Below the pieces are notes generated by a model. The model was not told the origin of the DNA, ran no database searches, and was given only the letters and a program-made list of their open reading frames with translations. A DNA stretch of 64,000 bases from Nitrospirales bacterium (GTDB taxonomy: Bacteria > Nitrospirota > Nitrospiria > Nitrospirales > UBA8639): positions 480,001-544,000 of the forward strand of contig OY729426.1 in the NCBI GenBank assembly GCA_963422365.1, written 5' to 3'. Position 1 is the first letter of the stretch, and each line of letters begins with the position of its first letter. The position numbers and the translations under genes are program-made. This document shows positions 63,564-64,000 of this stretch, piece by piece.

Positions 63564-64000
63564 AGCTCAGAGTTATCACACTACTGGCACTGCTCCTTTG
63601 GTATCTTCCAGTTGTTGCGGAACCCATGAAAAGGGATCCGGCCCCGATGGTGGCAATTCCTGCCGGAAGTTTTATTCGAGGAAGCAGCCAGAACGGGGGG
63701 CGGACCGATGAACAGCCTCGTCGGAAGATCTATCTCGGTGCCTTTATGATCGACAAATACGAGGTGACCAATGCGCAATACCTCGACTTTCTTTCCGCCA
63801 CGGGGCATCAGGAACCGCTTAACGTGTATGGCGACGGATCGTTGTTCGAGGTGAAGGGCATTGCCCACTTACCCGTGGTCCAGGTCACATGGCATGATGC
63901 TGCGGATTATTGCCAATGGCTCGGCAAACGTTTGCCATCTGAAGCCGAATGGGAAAAAGCCGCTCGAGGCACCGATGGAAGGGTCTACCCATGGGGAAAT
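63560..64000 (+). CDS. Second FGE-sulfatase/SUMF1-fold protein (partial)
   Basis: MKLRVITLLALLLW... signal; IDKYEVTNAQY, PVVQVTWHDA, RLPSEAEWEKAARG; runs off window end. Confidence 0.88.
   Translation, partial: MKLRVITLLALLLWYLPVVAEPMKRDPAPMVAIPAGSFIRGSSQNGGRTDEQPRRKIYLGAFMIDKYEVTNAQYLDFLSATGHQEPLNVYGDGSLFEVKGIAHLPVVQVTWHDAADYCQWLGKRLPSEAEWEKAARGTDGRVYPWGN

Noticed and set aside
62201..64000. FGE/C-type-lectin-fold genes as diversity-generating retroelement targets
   Set aside because: No reverse transcriptase and no template/variable repeat pair in the window

Overview
A 64-kb bacterial chromosomal segment. Gene content and order suggest Nitrospirota (Nitrospira-like); the decayed accessory genes and giant adhesin would fit a host-associated lineage such as a sponge symbiont. 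Both assignments are inference. Core blocks are intact: ilvB-ilvN-ilvC-psd-pssA-leuA-leuB-NHL-asd-DUF2905-spoIID-queA, bioF, purC, and phoB-phoR-pstSCAB-phoU. Accessory material includes degraded VapBC and HicAB toxin-antitoxin loci, an AT-rich M48 peptidase inserted between ilvN and ilvC, and a 1374-aa NACHT/STAND NTPase with a C-terminal PD-(D/E)XK nuclease behind a truncated AAA/DUF4143 pseudogene. A ~7.3-kb multi-repeat autotransporter adhesin with a 5' poly-C switch appears to split an arsC gene. At the right end is a sigma-54 module built on a membrane kinase that combines a NarX/PilJ-like periplasmic sensor with a canonical LOV (GRNCRFLQ) domain; two downstream sigma-54 promoters share a palindromic upstream site. 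Non-coding signals read directly from the sequence include a Leu-rich leader peptide and attenuator before leuA, three pho-box-like repeats and REP-like palindromes. No rRNA, tRNA, CRISPR array, transposase or integrase was recognised.
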